Positions 24,601 to 39,500 of a stretch of 64,000 bases of DNA are shown one piece after another. A model generated the notes under the pieces. It saw nothing but the letters and a program-made list of their open reading frames with translations. It was not told the origin of the DNA and did no database searches. Every line of letters starts with the position of its first letter. The stretch's first letter is position 1. This stretch comes from Glycera tridactyla (lineage: Eukaryota), in contig OZ286459.1 of the NCBI GenBank assembly GCA_965644265.1, positions 30,504,001 to 30,568,000 on the forward strand, given 5' to 3'. A program made the position numbers and the translations under genes.

Positions 24601-27459
24601 TGTGTGTGTGCACTATATTCTGTGCTTGCCCTCCTGGTATATTCAGGTGCCTCCCTCTACAGAGGCGTCATCAATTGACTAAATATTTATTTCCTTACTG
24701 TTCTACATGTATAGCTTGAAGGAATATAACACATGAAAGAAAATAACCGAGAATGTGCATAGTCAGGGGATAGAATTCTCCAATGGAGAAGAGATGATCA
24801 TCGCAAAAATTGTGTCATAAACTTTCCTTCAGACCATCTTCTTCTTTCTAACACATCTTGGAACATGTCTCTTAGCATGAGGGTGTACACAGCAGAGTTG
24901 TGTGTGAGTAAAGGAACAATTTATTGATAACATTTTCTTAAGACAAAAGGACATACGGCCAATTCTCCCAAATTGGGGCCGAAAAGTGGCAGATAGGGTC
25001 ACTTTTTCAAACAATCCTGCTGAGCCAAAAAATAATTATCACTGTTTACATGAGTGGGGGTCGTCAGCCGTTGTGTACGTTACTTTTTTATAAGAATCTC
25101 TCAAAAACACTCATAAATTGCTCTGAATTAACATTTATCATTGTAAATCAATAAACTTTGTTCCAGGATGTCATTCCACACTACTTATTTCCTTCTCAAG
25201 GTCAGTCATTCAAAATGATTTGAGCCAGAAATACAATGTCCGTCCTCAATCCTCAGGCGCTGTCTTTAATTGTTTTTTTCTAAGCAATTACAATAAGCAA
25301 AAGTACCAAACTCATTATTCCAATTGAATACATATTGATGAGATGATGGGAGCAGGGTTTTGTCATTCTCTGGAAAATTTGGGAAGTAATGAACATCATC
25401 TTATATGTATGTTATTTTATGTGGCATATGTTACTGCTGACGCCAATTTTCTACACCCGAGTCATCTCATGTAAATTTCATTCAGTAATTGCCAACAAAA
25501 GTAGCTAGTAGCTACATTTATCTTCACAGTAATCCAAATTTACATAATATCATTGAGTAGGCTTGAAAACATTTGGACTTTCCAAGTTATCTGATTTTAT
25601 ATGACCACTCTCAAGAAGAAAAGTCAAGGATAACATACATATTGGGTTGCAGCTCATGCAGATTATGTCAAAATAACATACATATGCTCACATCATCCAT
25701 ATCAGTGGATGAAAAAGCATGGATCATCCAGATGTTGAGCAACCGTCCAACAAGGTCAACTTTATTCTGAGATCCCTTGGCTTAGTATCACCTAGTATAT
25801 ATGTATGTTATGCAAAGTTTGCATGTTACTATAATTTTGGATTGACATCCATGCACTTTTTCATCAACTATAAACCAGATTATGAACAAAACCGGAAAAA
25901 TATATAGTGTCATGAATGCATGGGGATCACATTTAAAGGAGTGATCAATCCAAGATGGCACCTGTTGCTTGTGAACATGCTAGAACTCTGACCATAGGTA
26001 TGTTATCCATTGACGGAAATGTCACCCTTTAGGCGCCTAATCATTTTTTAGAGGTTGTTTATCACTTTGTTGATTCTTTTGAGAACTGGGTTGGTCATTG
26101 TAACAATATTTTCAAATGATCTGATGGTGAAACACGAGTTGATTCATAGCATAAATAAGTGGGATTGAATGGTGAACTCAAAAATTGACGGCATGGTAGT
26201 AACATACTGTGACGCAGTTCAGAGATATCAGGGAGCTATTTATCTCTAATATTTTACATGTCCCAAGGTTGTGAAATGAAGCACAGCTATCGATTGTCAA
26301 GACTGAGTATGTTTGAGATCTTGGCATTATCTCAATTTGATATAGCACATCACCAAAGTAGGGTGGGGTCTGGTGTTATGTTTTGTGCGGTCAAAAATAC
26401 TCACAAAGAGAGGGCCAGCAATAGTATACATTCTTCAACTGAACATGAAGTGAGTGCATGGAAACCCATACAATCAGTGTTTTCCTAGTCAAGGAGTGTT
26501 CTGTGTGTGTGTTTGTGTGTGGGCATGTGTGGGCATGGATGTTACTGCTGTGGCTGAGGCACTTCAAGACATCCCCAGATATTAGTTTGCACAATCACCT
26601 AAATATTATCTCAGGTCATTTAGTATCCTCAAGATTATTCCACTAAAAAAGTCAGGGGGGGGGGGGGTGCGAGAGGGCAGAGTGGAAGCCGATTCAGGAT
26701 TCAGATCTGGTGAGAAAGTGAATTACCAGTAGTGGTAGGGGGATATTGTATTGGAATTCTGGGGAAGGATTTCACGGAGCCATTCCCCATTTTTCAGATG
26801 GAATAACTCAAGCCTTACTGGCTTTGTGGAATGGGGACACACTGAAAAAACGAGATTTTATCACATCATTATTATGACACCAAACTCAGTTTGAATTTCA
26901 CTGGATGTCACTCGGCCTCTGGTCTTGTGACACGCTGCAAAATTCACACCTCATTCAGTAGTAGCAGTTTTACTACATGGTCATATATTCTTGCTATACT
27001 ATCTTCAAGACTCTGCTTCTGGTAAATACTCAGCTGTCCAAACCTTAATAAATACATATCACTTCATGCAGCAATTCTTGGTATATAGGTGGAATCAACT
27101 GTGGACATATACAGTGAAACCTGCGAGAAGAGACCACCTCCGAAGGAAGACGGTTTTTTCTGGGCAGCTTTTCTATTTGACATAGTCAAATATACCTCTG
27201 ACGGGAGACCACCTGTCTTGAGAGACTGCTTTTCAGTGATGTTTGGGGCGGCCTCTCATCATAGGTTTCAAAATATCTATAGATGATGTTGTACTCCCCA
27301 TATCATGATACCCACATTGCATCCTAATAATTTCGGGAATTTTCAATGCGAAATTATTTGTTTCAAACCATCCATCTGGATGCTGCAACTTCTCAATCTT
27401 GATTATTCATCAGAAATACATTTGAAAATGCAAGAATGAGTGTATAGTACATCTGTGAT

Positions 27460-27510
<51 letters not shown>

Positions 27511-30500
27511 GTGGTGTGGGGATCTTTGAAGAGCATACCTCTCATGCATCATTGGTCACACAGCTCAACAGCATCACCCTGATTACACACATTGACTTGC
27601 TAAGGACTCTCAAGTGACTCATGCAGCGAGCATCATATCGATCTACGGTAACAACAACATTGCAGATCTTCTCTGGTCGGCGCTGCCTCTTGATACTCGC
27701 TCAGGGCTCTGTGTTGCTACCTGTGGGTAGCCAATGGCTACCAAATTTACCCTCTTGCTACCATATTTCAAATGTTAGGAGCCAGCCGCCCATAAAATTT
27801 TGATAGGTTATAATTACCAATGTATTGACTGGCTACCAAAAATTTCAACTTAGAAGCCAGCTGGCTCCTAAATATTTTGGCCAACGTAGACCCCTGCTCA
27901 CCATGAGACCTTGCAGTAGATCATAAGATGTGATATGGACTCAAATTTGCCACAGTGCCCAATGGAGACTGCCTGCTGCCGGTGGCAGATAACTAATCCT
28001 TCGCCTGACAGTCTTTGGGATTGGCCAAAAGGGAGAGCGAATCTGATTTTGGGATCGAGTAAAAAGGCTGAACTCACTCTCCCGACAGGACATGCATATT
28101 TCCACTGAAAGTCTTACATTTTGCAAGAAAAATGAGAAAGTGTGGTATATACGATGAGCAGTCTCATCTTCTAGCCTCCACTGATAATGAACCATGTTCC
28201 CTGTAAGATTTTATGGACATATAAGATTTTCAAGAGATAACATTGGTGGAAGTGGTGGTGTTGGCTGCAGTGGCGACCGATTTTGGGAGAATGATTTTTT
28301 TTTGGGGGGAAGTGGTTGTTTCATTGCACTCTCCTGAGGGAAGAGTAGCTGGCAATTTGTTTTCTTCACATAGACTTTAGGCAGGCTACATTGAGCACAA
28401 AGCTCTGAGTGGCCAACCTTGATCATATAATAAAGAGGTGATGGTGGTGAGCACTTTCAAGAGTGATAATGGCTGGTGAAAGTCAATAACCATTCAGGGT
28501 AAAGCACAAACAAACGGCACAAATCAACTATCGATGAACCGGGACACTGTAAGGGCATATGAGAGACACATTTATCACATGGCACGACCTCCTATTTATT
28601 GTTTGCAACCCTGTCTCCAGCTATCAGATACTGTTGGGAATCGGTTGCATTTTCCTAATTGATCATCGGTTGGGACCAACCAACCGATGATTGGTTACAA
28701 TCGGTTAGCGCGCACGATCAGTCTGGTTCCCGTTCCAACCGCTAGATGTTGAAGTGCTCCATGCGCCACACTCCCCCATCTGGCAGTTCGGCCAGGAACT
28801 AATTGTGTCTATACAGCGCAATCGCATCACGGTGGTCACTTACAAAAATATTGCACCATCAACAAGCAAAATGGTGGCGGCATGCAAGTGTCTCCGTCTG
28901 CCAACTAATGAAACCGCTTTTTGCCTCAATTTTGACGGCAAATTCATCGATATCATATGTGACAGATATTTCAATGCTAAGTATGTGAGATGATTATTCT
29001 GATTAAATTGATTGTTGACTTTCGCAAGTGAGCGCTTGGCTTGGCGATATGAGCGACCACTACTATTAGAACAAATCTTCCTTGGAAAATGACTGTCTTT
29101 AAAATTATCTTTTTTTCAGGAAAAAGCTTGTGATAAATAAACCCGCACACTAATTGGGGATACAAGCCATGATATCCTTCTCGTTTGATCCCAAGAATCT
29201 AACCAGCCGCAGCGCGGCTCGATGGATACGTCGGCCCAAACTTGAAGGATACTATGACCTGTCTCACCGACTTGTGTGCAACTGTATTTGTCTCTCTCAA
29301 CCGGAGTCAGTGAGTAAAGAGGTAACGCAAACATGCTCACAGAGATGTAATCCACCATGGGATGCAAGTTACTTGGGAAAGATAATCAACTAAGAATGGC
29401 GAGTTGCCAGCCTCAATCAGAACAGCAGAAATTTCTAGGCCAGGAATGACTAGGACAATACCATGAGCAGACAATTTATCCCTACTGCTAAATGAATATG
29501 GGCCAATATGTCATCGAAACAAACCAATAATACAACTAGAATTTTAGTGAGGCACCTCCTCACTCGATATGTCTCCCCCCAGACTTTGTAATTATTCACT
29601 ACCCGTATACATGCCTGGCATCCCACCTGCTTGCTTATTCATCTTCAAGTAAGCATGAAAAGATAGACATTAATGGTTGACAACTATCCTTTGAGTGACC
29701 AATGATGTAGTATACCTGGTCATAAGTACGAAAATGTGTCCTGGGGTATGAGGTGTGCTGGGGTACAGGGGGTCTCTTTGTGTAGGATTTGTCCTTGAGA
29801 ATATGCCTAGGCATCAGAGAAGTCCAGTTGAATTTGGTTCAGCGGTTTGAGTGGAATTTTGCTGACAGGGGAAGCTCTTGATCAGGTCTTGATCAGTGAC
29901 TCAGGAAACAAGAACAATTCAGCAAATGAGATTTGTCCATATTCTCAAATTCTGAAAATAGCTCCTGTGACCTTGACCTTTGACCTTTTGGCACCATCTT
30001 CAAAATGCCAGTGTATCACCACTAGCCTGTAGATGCACCCAATGGGTGTGAATGCCCCGCTGAGTGCATGATGTCACAGGATGAGTAAATGAGAAAAGTG
30101 AAATATATGAACAAAACCAATACATTTTCACTCTCAAATTATGAACAACCCCCCCCCGTAAGTAATTGAAAAATCGATGGGTGTGTTGCCATAGATGTAC
30201 AGCCTCTCATAGAGGTTTGAGAAGGCTACCCCTGAAACTCAATTTATTGTCCGGAAACCATTTTGCACTCAGTGACCTTGAAATGCAAGATGTAGATCCA
30301 TAGTCTAGGAAAGGAGGTATACAAACTTTGAGACAAAAACACACCAGTGGACCAACACAGGGGGGTATGACAGTCAAATTGCTAACATTCACGGTCACAT
30401 CAAAAAGTGGCCTTTATAGGGAGGTGGTCTTTATAGAGAGGTCATTCACTGTTGAGAATACTACCACAGTCGCAGCTCAGGGTGGTCTTTATAGGGAGGT

Positions 30501-33500
30501 GGTCTCTATAGAGAAGTGGTCTTTAGAGGAGGTTTGACTGTATATACCAATATGCCAAGTAAAATAGCCATTGGATATCCACAGGTAGCAACAAGGAGCA
30601 GACACAAACAGGGAAGGGTATTAAGTTTGGGCTTTTGTTTGAGGAGAGAGGGAAAATGAAATCAACGTCTAGTCATTAGAGCAGGACAAAAGAGCATTGT
30701 CAGAGACCGAAGAATATTACACAACATGAATGGAGAGGCATGAGAAATGCGTTCATTTCGGAGAGGTCACAATACAGACTGAGTTTAATTAGGGTACCTT
30801 TTTGGTGAAATTTCAGTGAAATTTTTGCCCCTGATGATCTTGAAAATCATGTCACATAGACCAAAATCTAATCAGTTCATTAGACTCTCCCAAGGGGTAT
30901 GCCTGCCAAATTTCATCAAATTCGGATGAGTAGTTTTGCTGCAATCGTGCTCACGAGGTTTTGTGACAGACAGACGGACAGACGGACAGACGGACGGACG
31001 GACAGACGGACAGACGGACAATACGAATTCTATATGACTCCCCCATCAGGGAGGAGACATAATAATGTGAAATCATTTGACACTATGGAAGAATGGGCCA
31101 AAATGGACTCAGGGGTCTTGGCTTTCTTCCAGACTTTCTCCATACCATTTTCTACCTTATTATACCAGCGAATCCAATTTTCGCATACAACTTTCATGAT
31201 CACAATTACTTGCCAAGATTTCTTGATTCACATTCTGGCACTTGAAGGATTTCTATGGACTTCGATCGACGAATATCTGCGTATCATGCCCAAAGGTATC
31301 AGTCATACAGAAATTCTGAGAAAAAATTCAGCACTTTTCAAGGACTCGCCTAGTTTTTCAAGCCCCCATGCCCATGTCTCAGAAATGATTTTCATGCATC
31401 AATCAGCTCAAAACCATCATTAGTTCTGATTATCGCCACTATGCACTAGTTGGCTCTGAAAAAATTCATTAGATTCACTGACCTACACCAATGGTTACCA
31501 TCAAATAGGCGATTTGATGGACTGCAAATCTCAACGACCTCTTATTTTCATATATATACGCACGATTCTAGCCTTCAATATTGCAAGGTGGGGGTGCCCT
31601 AGTCATGAGATCCAACTACTTGTGAGTCATTTTTCCTGTCAACATATGACATATCTGGGATTTTCTGGCCATATTTGTTGAAATTCAAGCACTCTGTACA
31701 GATATCAGTCACTTTTCCATGATTTTTCACATTTTTTAAGACAGCATTCAAATTCAAGCACTTCAAGGACTCACAATGATTTTCAAGCACTTTTCAAGAC
31801 TGTGCGAACCCTGTTCCAGCACTTGATTGATCTTGATTATTCTGATGCAACTCTATACTGTTTCCATATCTTGTCAGACCTTCCGAATCGCATATTTTTT
31901 CAAGGCCTGTATCGGATTCCAAATCAGGGGCCGATTGGCCCTTTGGATCAAGAAACAGGGACCAAATTTTAGGGGGCCAATACAATGGAAACAGTTGTAA
32001 AATACTCCTGAAAAATGGGGGATTTGGCCCCCATCATTTTGAAGTGGGGCCAAAGATGAAAAATTTGTGTCATTTGGCACACTCCGCCTCCTGGATGCAT
32101 CACTGGACTTGTATGTGTCAATTGGCCCATTATCCCTAATCCATGCAACTCCACCACTTTAAAGGGATCTGGGAGAGGGATTACTCGTGGCAAGATTACA
32201 TCTCTGAACAAAGAAAACATATGAACTGCCTTACATCCGACTGGGCATCATCAGAGTCATCAACGATCACTTTTGCTTCTTTGATCAATTTATGCTTTTA
32301 CATAAGAAGAACAGAGAAAGCACAAATATATATGATCAGAATACCATAGAAAAAAACCAAATCAGGTTAGAAAAAATGAAAATTACTGTAGCAAACATAC
32401 AATATTCAAATCTGAGGAAATGGCAAGCTGTATGAAGCCTTCCTGCTTTTCTGAATGCACTATAATCATATGCAAAACAATGAATGAATTGGACTGAGGA
32501 AATACCAAAACAGAGACTGCAGTATTGGATATCAGGGGAGATTGTGAGACAAATGTCTCTCTTCAGCCATACCTCAGAGCCAACACTGGAGACCTTGCCA
32601 ATCTCCCTGGTAATGGGACGTCAGCAGAAAGACATGAATCAAAACTAGACTTCCGTCCAGTAGCTGGTAATAGATCGATAAGAAAAAAAGTCCACTGAAA
32701 TAATGAAGCAAATTATTACAATATATACTCTATAAGCAGCTGGGGAGCATTTCAAGTCTTCAACCAATTATGAACCTTCTAACCTCATCCATCAATTCAC
32801 AATAGATTTGATACTTGCTCAAATTTTTCAATGAGATGTCAGGTGAAAATTTTACCTCATTTTTAGGTCTGTTTCTTCTGTCATCTTCAGATGCTCTACT
32901 AAACTGTAAATCATGTGTAGGGTAGTTGAGACCACAGCCAGCTAGTGTCATCTGCAAAATAACAAACAGGGCTTGACATTAAGCAGGGTTCCCACACTTT
33001 TGGACAAATGGAATTCAAGGGCGATTCCCGGGCTTCTCCCGGGCTAAAATGGTCATTTTTCCCGGGCTACCTCGTCAGTCTGACACGTTCGCGAAAGCAT
33101 TCAAATTTTCGCGCCAAAACGTAGGCTGCTGATAGTTCACATCGATCTCACTACGCGGCGAAGTGGCGCTGCAATTAAAGCGCGAATAGCGCCACATGAC
33201 GGAATTATCGGGAACTAACGCGAACTCAAGATGCGCAGAAGACGTTTTTACGAGCATCCCGTGTATTTTACGCGCAGCTTTTGAACCGGCGTTCCTTCAA
33301 TTGCATTTAACCAGTCGGATTAGCGATTATCGGCCAATCTAATGGTAATACATAGCCGTCTTTTGTTCGCGTTAGTCCCCCGAGACGTTCTTATCTATCC
33401 CCGGGCCATGACGAGAAACCAGCCGTTGCTCGAATGTTTGTGTTTCGTTTCCGATTACGCGTAAAGAAAGTGACGATTGAACAGCCATCAACTGATCAAG

Positions 33501-36500
33501 GCGCCGATTTCGTCGAGTTTCACGCGATTTTAGTGAATTTCCCGGGATTTCGTAGTTTTTCCCGGGCATTTTGGAGAAATCCCGGGCTTTTCCCGACCGG
33601 GAACGCCGATTTGCCGATTCCCGGGCTTTTCCCGGTTTCCCGGGCGCGTGGGAACCCTGATTAAGGGTTGTCCGGGACAAGTAGGAATTCATGGCGGACA
33701 AGTGAATTTTATAACCTACCTGCCCGCTGGACAACTGCAGATTTTTTCTTTAAATATGCTTGATATAACATTGGACAGGTAAAATTCTTGGGCGGACAAC
33801 CAAATATCTTATGTCACTTGTCCGCTTGCACGAACAGCCGAAAACCCCAATGTCATGCCCTGACAAAGTGAGGGGGATAAAAGGATGATACCCCCCCCCC
33901 CCCCTTCTAATGCTGTGTTGGCACTAGAGCAATATTTCCTGTAGCAAATTTGGCCACAGCAGCTATTTGATTTTTATCCAAATTGCTCAAATTTTAGCCA
34001 AATGACTTGCAAGGTGACTTTAATCTTTACTGTAACTGTCATTTCATCAAACATGAGAAATCTTTTTATGTAGTGCCCACATATCATCAGAACACAGACT
34101 TCTCATGAGCTATATGAGAAGATACTTTTCTTTTTTTTAACCGCATCTGTGAAAATATTGGTAAGAATATTATCACAGATACTACTATCATGATCTCTTG
34201 CCTGCAAACTTTTCCAAGTTCTACCCTTCACAACATTTTTCATCTGCCCTCTTTCATATGTTTATGGACTAAATAAGTTACACCTTTGGAAATACAAATA
34301 TAACAAGGCTGTCTCATGGGCGAGACATAATAATGGCAACGCCAGTTGTATGAGGGGGTGGAATCACCATCACCTTCACCACCATAGACCACCACTACCA
34401 CCATCATGGGCCACCACCATCACCATGAATCGCTACCACCATGGACAACGACCTTCATCACCAACCCTACCACAATGGACCACCGCCCTCACCAAGGATC
34501 AGCACCACATCCATGAACCACCACCACCACCAACATGGCATGCAGCCAACACCATGGACCACCACTACCACTACCAGTATCTATCACTGCCACAACCACA
34601 ACTAACATGGACCATCACCACCTCCACCATGGACACTGCCAGGACCACCATCGACCATCCACCACCATCATAGATTGTCTCCACCACCACCACCACCATC
34701 ACCACCACAGACCACCACCACCATGGACAAACCCGCCACCACCATAGACCCCACCACCACCATCATGAACCACAACCACCACCACCATGGACCACTGCCT
34801 CAATGGACCACCACCAACACCATGGACCATCATGGATCAACACCACCATCACCACCACCACCACCACCACCACCATGGACCACTACCACCACCACCACCA
34901 TGGACCACCACCACCACCAACACCATGGACCACCATCACCATCATGGACCACCACCGCCACCACCATGGACCACAACCACCACCACCACTATCATGAACC
35001 ACTACCACCACCATGAACCACCTCCACCACCACCACCATGGATCACCACAACCATCACCACTACAATGGATCACCACCACCAAAGACCATGACCTCAATG
35101 GACCACCACCACCACCATGGACCACCACGAATCAACACCATCACCATGGGCCACCACCACCACCATGGACCACAACAACCACCATGGACAACCACCACCA
35201 CCACCATGGACCATCACCACCATGTGCCACAACTACCACCACCACCACCACCACCATGGACCCAACCACCACCACCATGGACTGTCACCACCACCATAGA
35301 CCACCACAACCACCATGGACAACCATCACCACCACCATGGACCACCACCATCACCATGGATCATCACCACCACCATGGACCACTACCACCACCATGGACC
35401 ACCACCACCACCACCACCACTATGGACCCCACAACCATCATGGACCACCACCACCACCACCACCACCACCACCACCACCACCACCACCACCAATATGGAT
35501 CAATACCACCATCATGGACCACCACCACCACCATCTACCACCACCATCACCATGGACCCCGTCACCACCACCATGGACTGTCTCCACCACCACCATGAAC
35601 CACCACCACCACCACCACCACCATGGACCCCACCACCATCATGGACCACCACCACCACCATCATGGACCACCACCACCAACACCATGGATCACCACCACC
35701 ACCACCACCATGGATCACCACCACCACCATGGACCACCATGGACAACCATCGCCACCACCATGGACCACCACCACCACCACCACTATGGACCCCACCACC
35801 ATCATGGACCACCACAACCATGGATCACCACCACCACCACCATGGGCCACCACCACCACCATGGGCCACCACCACCATGGATCACCACCATGGACCACCA
35901 CCACCACCATGGACCCCACCACCACCATGGACTGTCTCCACCACCATCATGAACCACCACCACGACCACCATGGACAACCATCACCACCACCATGGACCA
36001 CCACCACCATGAACCACAAACACCATAGACCACCACCACCATGGACCCCACCACCATCATGGACCACCACCACCACCATGGACCACCACCACCACCATGG
36101 ATCACCACCACCACCACCACCACCATGGCCCACCACCACCACCATCATGGACCACCACCACCACCAACAACACTGGCTCACCACCACCTGAAGATGCTAT
36201 CACGCACACAGCGCTGCTCTTTGAGTGGGGGGGGGGGGGGGGGGCGAGTAGCCCTCCTTTCGGAATCTCGCGCTGCCTTCCGCCCCGGTGCGAGTCTGCC
36301 CCCCGGTGCGAGTCACCCGTGGCATCGCATTAAGTCGTTATGGCCAAACACTACCGAAACCGACGGGTCCGGTAAAAGTTCGCAAATCGCCGTCTAGCAC
36401 TTTTCTTCACAGTTTGGTCGCGATTTTCGAAGTCTTATGTATTCTCGCATCATATTAATGGTGGATCAGGTGATATTTTGCTGAATGAACGTCGAGAGAA

Positions 36501-39500
36501 AACGTGAGATGTATTTTATCTGCGCGGTTTTACTCGATTGATTCGGCGATTTCCGTACACGTTCGGAAACTCTCGGCTCAGCAATAATTAGATTCAAGAT
36601 GGCGGCGGCCGGTTTCTTGTACCCTTTACCGGACCTCATTGCGCGAATCCTAGCCTCGTTCTGGCATCCGGCCGCCATCTTGCTCGAGTTGCCGACATCT
36701 TCGCGTTATGAAAAAATACTTCCGATCGGATTTGTGAGAAGATGAAACATCTCTTATCATGGCTTTTACATGGATTGTATAGAGAAATCCTAGCAGAATA
36801 CGTTCGTTGCATCGCTTTCCGTCCGACTCGCGAAAGATGTCGAGAAATTTGTGTCATAACGCTGTGTGGAACCCTACGTCGAGAGATCAAGCTGTCGCAA
36901 CGCAAACTTCAGAGAAGTTCTGTATTATCGATGACAAGTTCGACGTTTTTCAATGGCGATTAATGGAAACATTTTTCTCAGCAATATGGTCCTCATGTAA
37001 AGCTTATTTTTTTTATTCCGCACATTTTCATGCAAATTCGATCATTCTAGCACTTGTAGTTACTTCTGTGTGGGATACATGGAACCCTATGTAAAAAACG
37101 GTTTTTTTCAAAAACATCGAAAATGAGGCTGAAATTCAAAAAACAAAGAAATATAGTATCGGGAGAATTGCGATACGCATGCGTTGCTATGTGACACACA
37201 GCTGATCGTTTTATTCCAAACGAGAAATTTTCGTACGAAAATTTGGCCCTAAAATTTTGTTTTCATTCTCACGACCTTGGAAATGCTCCAAGGTCAACCA
37301 CATTGGGTAGAATTATAGACACCATGGGAAAGAAGTTGTGTGACAGATATCATCCAAAACAGATGACATACCCATGAGATATGGACGCTTGAAGTTTGCA
37401 TGTGATGCTATGGGCGCCGATTTTCGAGTGTCCAAACATCCTTGAACTTTGACCCGGATCAAGACGAAACTTTGATGGACGCGTGCGTCTGACCTCAGAG
37501 ATTCTTAGCTGTAGGAGGTCAAAGTTTGTGCGATCGACGGTTTTTGCGCTATGAAGTGTAGTTCGCTAAAAACCCATCATTTTGCAAAAACCAAGTGAGA
37601 TAAATCCAAATATAATGGCGTTGCCATTATAAATAGTAGGATCATACTTCCACTTTAGTGGTATCAATTACAACTCACTGATCGACAAAATCTTTTTTGC
37701 CACTACATTCAAATACATCAATATTTCTTCCCGAATTCAAGAAATTTCCAAAAGATTTTCATCACTGAATGATGCTCACACACCCACCCACCCACACCCA
37801 CACACTACATGAGACTGGGAGCTGGACTTACTGTTTCATCTGTGGCAGCATCAGGCCAACCAGTCCATAACTGATGTCTCACCGGTACATTTGTGATTGA
37901 ATACACTCCACTCTTCACCTGTAGTGAACACCATCAGATCAGGAAATAAAATATGAAATCAATGAAACTAATCAGTATTTCTTTCGAGCAATACCATCAA
38001 CACCAACAATCATTCACCATGCTGACTGGCACTCACTTATCAACAATGGCCCAAGAGTAACCCATACTTGTTCCCGCAGTCATTCATTGGGGTGACAATG
38101 ACAATGACAGTACTTTATTACTATTGAAATATAGGCGATATACAGCAATTGACATGCAGATTCATCAATACAACTTCATGCGGTCAGACTCTGAGGTCTG
38201 TTTATTTCAGCTGGAACCTTTGAACGAATGTAGCAAGTCAAGTGTTCATCAATGTACTTATAAAAATAAGTTCAGCTGGTCTTATGATCATATGAATCGT
38301 CATTCAATACTGGTAACTCTATGCGATAATTCCTAGGGGGTAATTGTTTAGCATTGGGGATTTTATTCAAGGACTATTCCAGCAGCCTCAAAGTGTTCCA
38401 AGGACAAATACAAACTGGATGTGTACCTGTCTCTTCACAAAAACCATGGTTCATACAGAAATTCTGGAAATGTATTTGAAGACTTTTCAAGACCAAGTGC
38501 AATTTTCTAAGGGCTCAAATATCCTGTCCCTATAGTTCACAAAACCACCGTTCATATTTTAGTTTTGATGCTTTCACGACACCCACCCCCCACCCACCCC
38601 AATTATTTGATAATACTTGCCTCACACTGATGTGTCACCAAAAATTTGAATTTTCAGGTGACAATTATTTGCGGAATTTGAAGAATTAAAGACTGTCACA
38701 TAATTTGTTTTAAATGTAATGACTTTTGGCAATCTTTAAAGAAATATTTGCAGATTTGTGTAATTTATTAAGGCAATGATTAGATTTGAAAACTTTCTAG
38801 AGACTTTTTTTGGAGTATTTTTGAATACTTTTTAAGACTGTGTGAACCATGTTATCCACTCAACTAATCAATAATTACCCATGGTATTCCCAGAAATCAA
38901 TAGCAAGTCAGAGTGCTGATGTACATTTGCGAACATATCAAATGAGTACTTGGACAACAGATGGTCCAACATATATGCAAGAACTGTGAAGAATATCCTC
39001 AAATAAAAGATAGGACTGACCTCTTGTATCGTTTTGCTGCCTGGAAAATTGAGTGTGTAGAACTGATCATTGTCTGTGTAGTGAATATTCAGCGTGTAGT
39101 TTTGAGATAGACGCTTCAAGAGTTCATTGCTACGATAGAAAACAAAGTCACATCAATAGCTATACATGGGAACGGGCGAAGGAAGTTGGTCGGTTATTTG
39201 ATTGGTTGTTCAGTAATTCATCAGCATCATGTGTGCTGATACCACATGACATCAGTACGATGGGGATGAGTGAGAAACACTTCTATCACCACATTTAGTG
39301 ACCTAGGGAGGCACATGCCCTAGTGACAAATACATGCAGATTATTTGATTGGGTGATACTTTGATCAGTGTGCCTAGTTAAGTGGATTTGGGTTTCCTTG
39401 ATTGGACAGCTACTTATCCACCTCATATTTGGATATCTAGAATTCTTAGAGGTGTGATTGGCTCACAGTCGAAACCCCCCCCCCCCAAAAAAAAAAAAAA

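Noticed and set aside
34350-36397. Long His/Pro/Thr-rich ORFs (up to 392 aa) as a protein gene
   Set aside because: All three frames and the reverse strand give similar ORFs because the CAC/ATGG array lacks stops; it lies within a mobile-element boundary in a FAF1 intron and has no splice or promoter support.
38030-38100. Alternative FAF1 exon 7 (LREQVW) with a GTGAGT donor
   Set aside because: The true exon 7 is at 37832-37918; this segment has stops or incompatible phase and no good acceptor.
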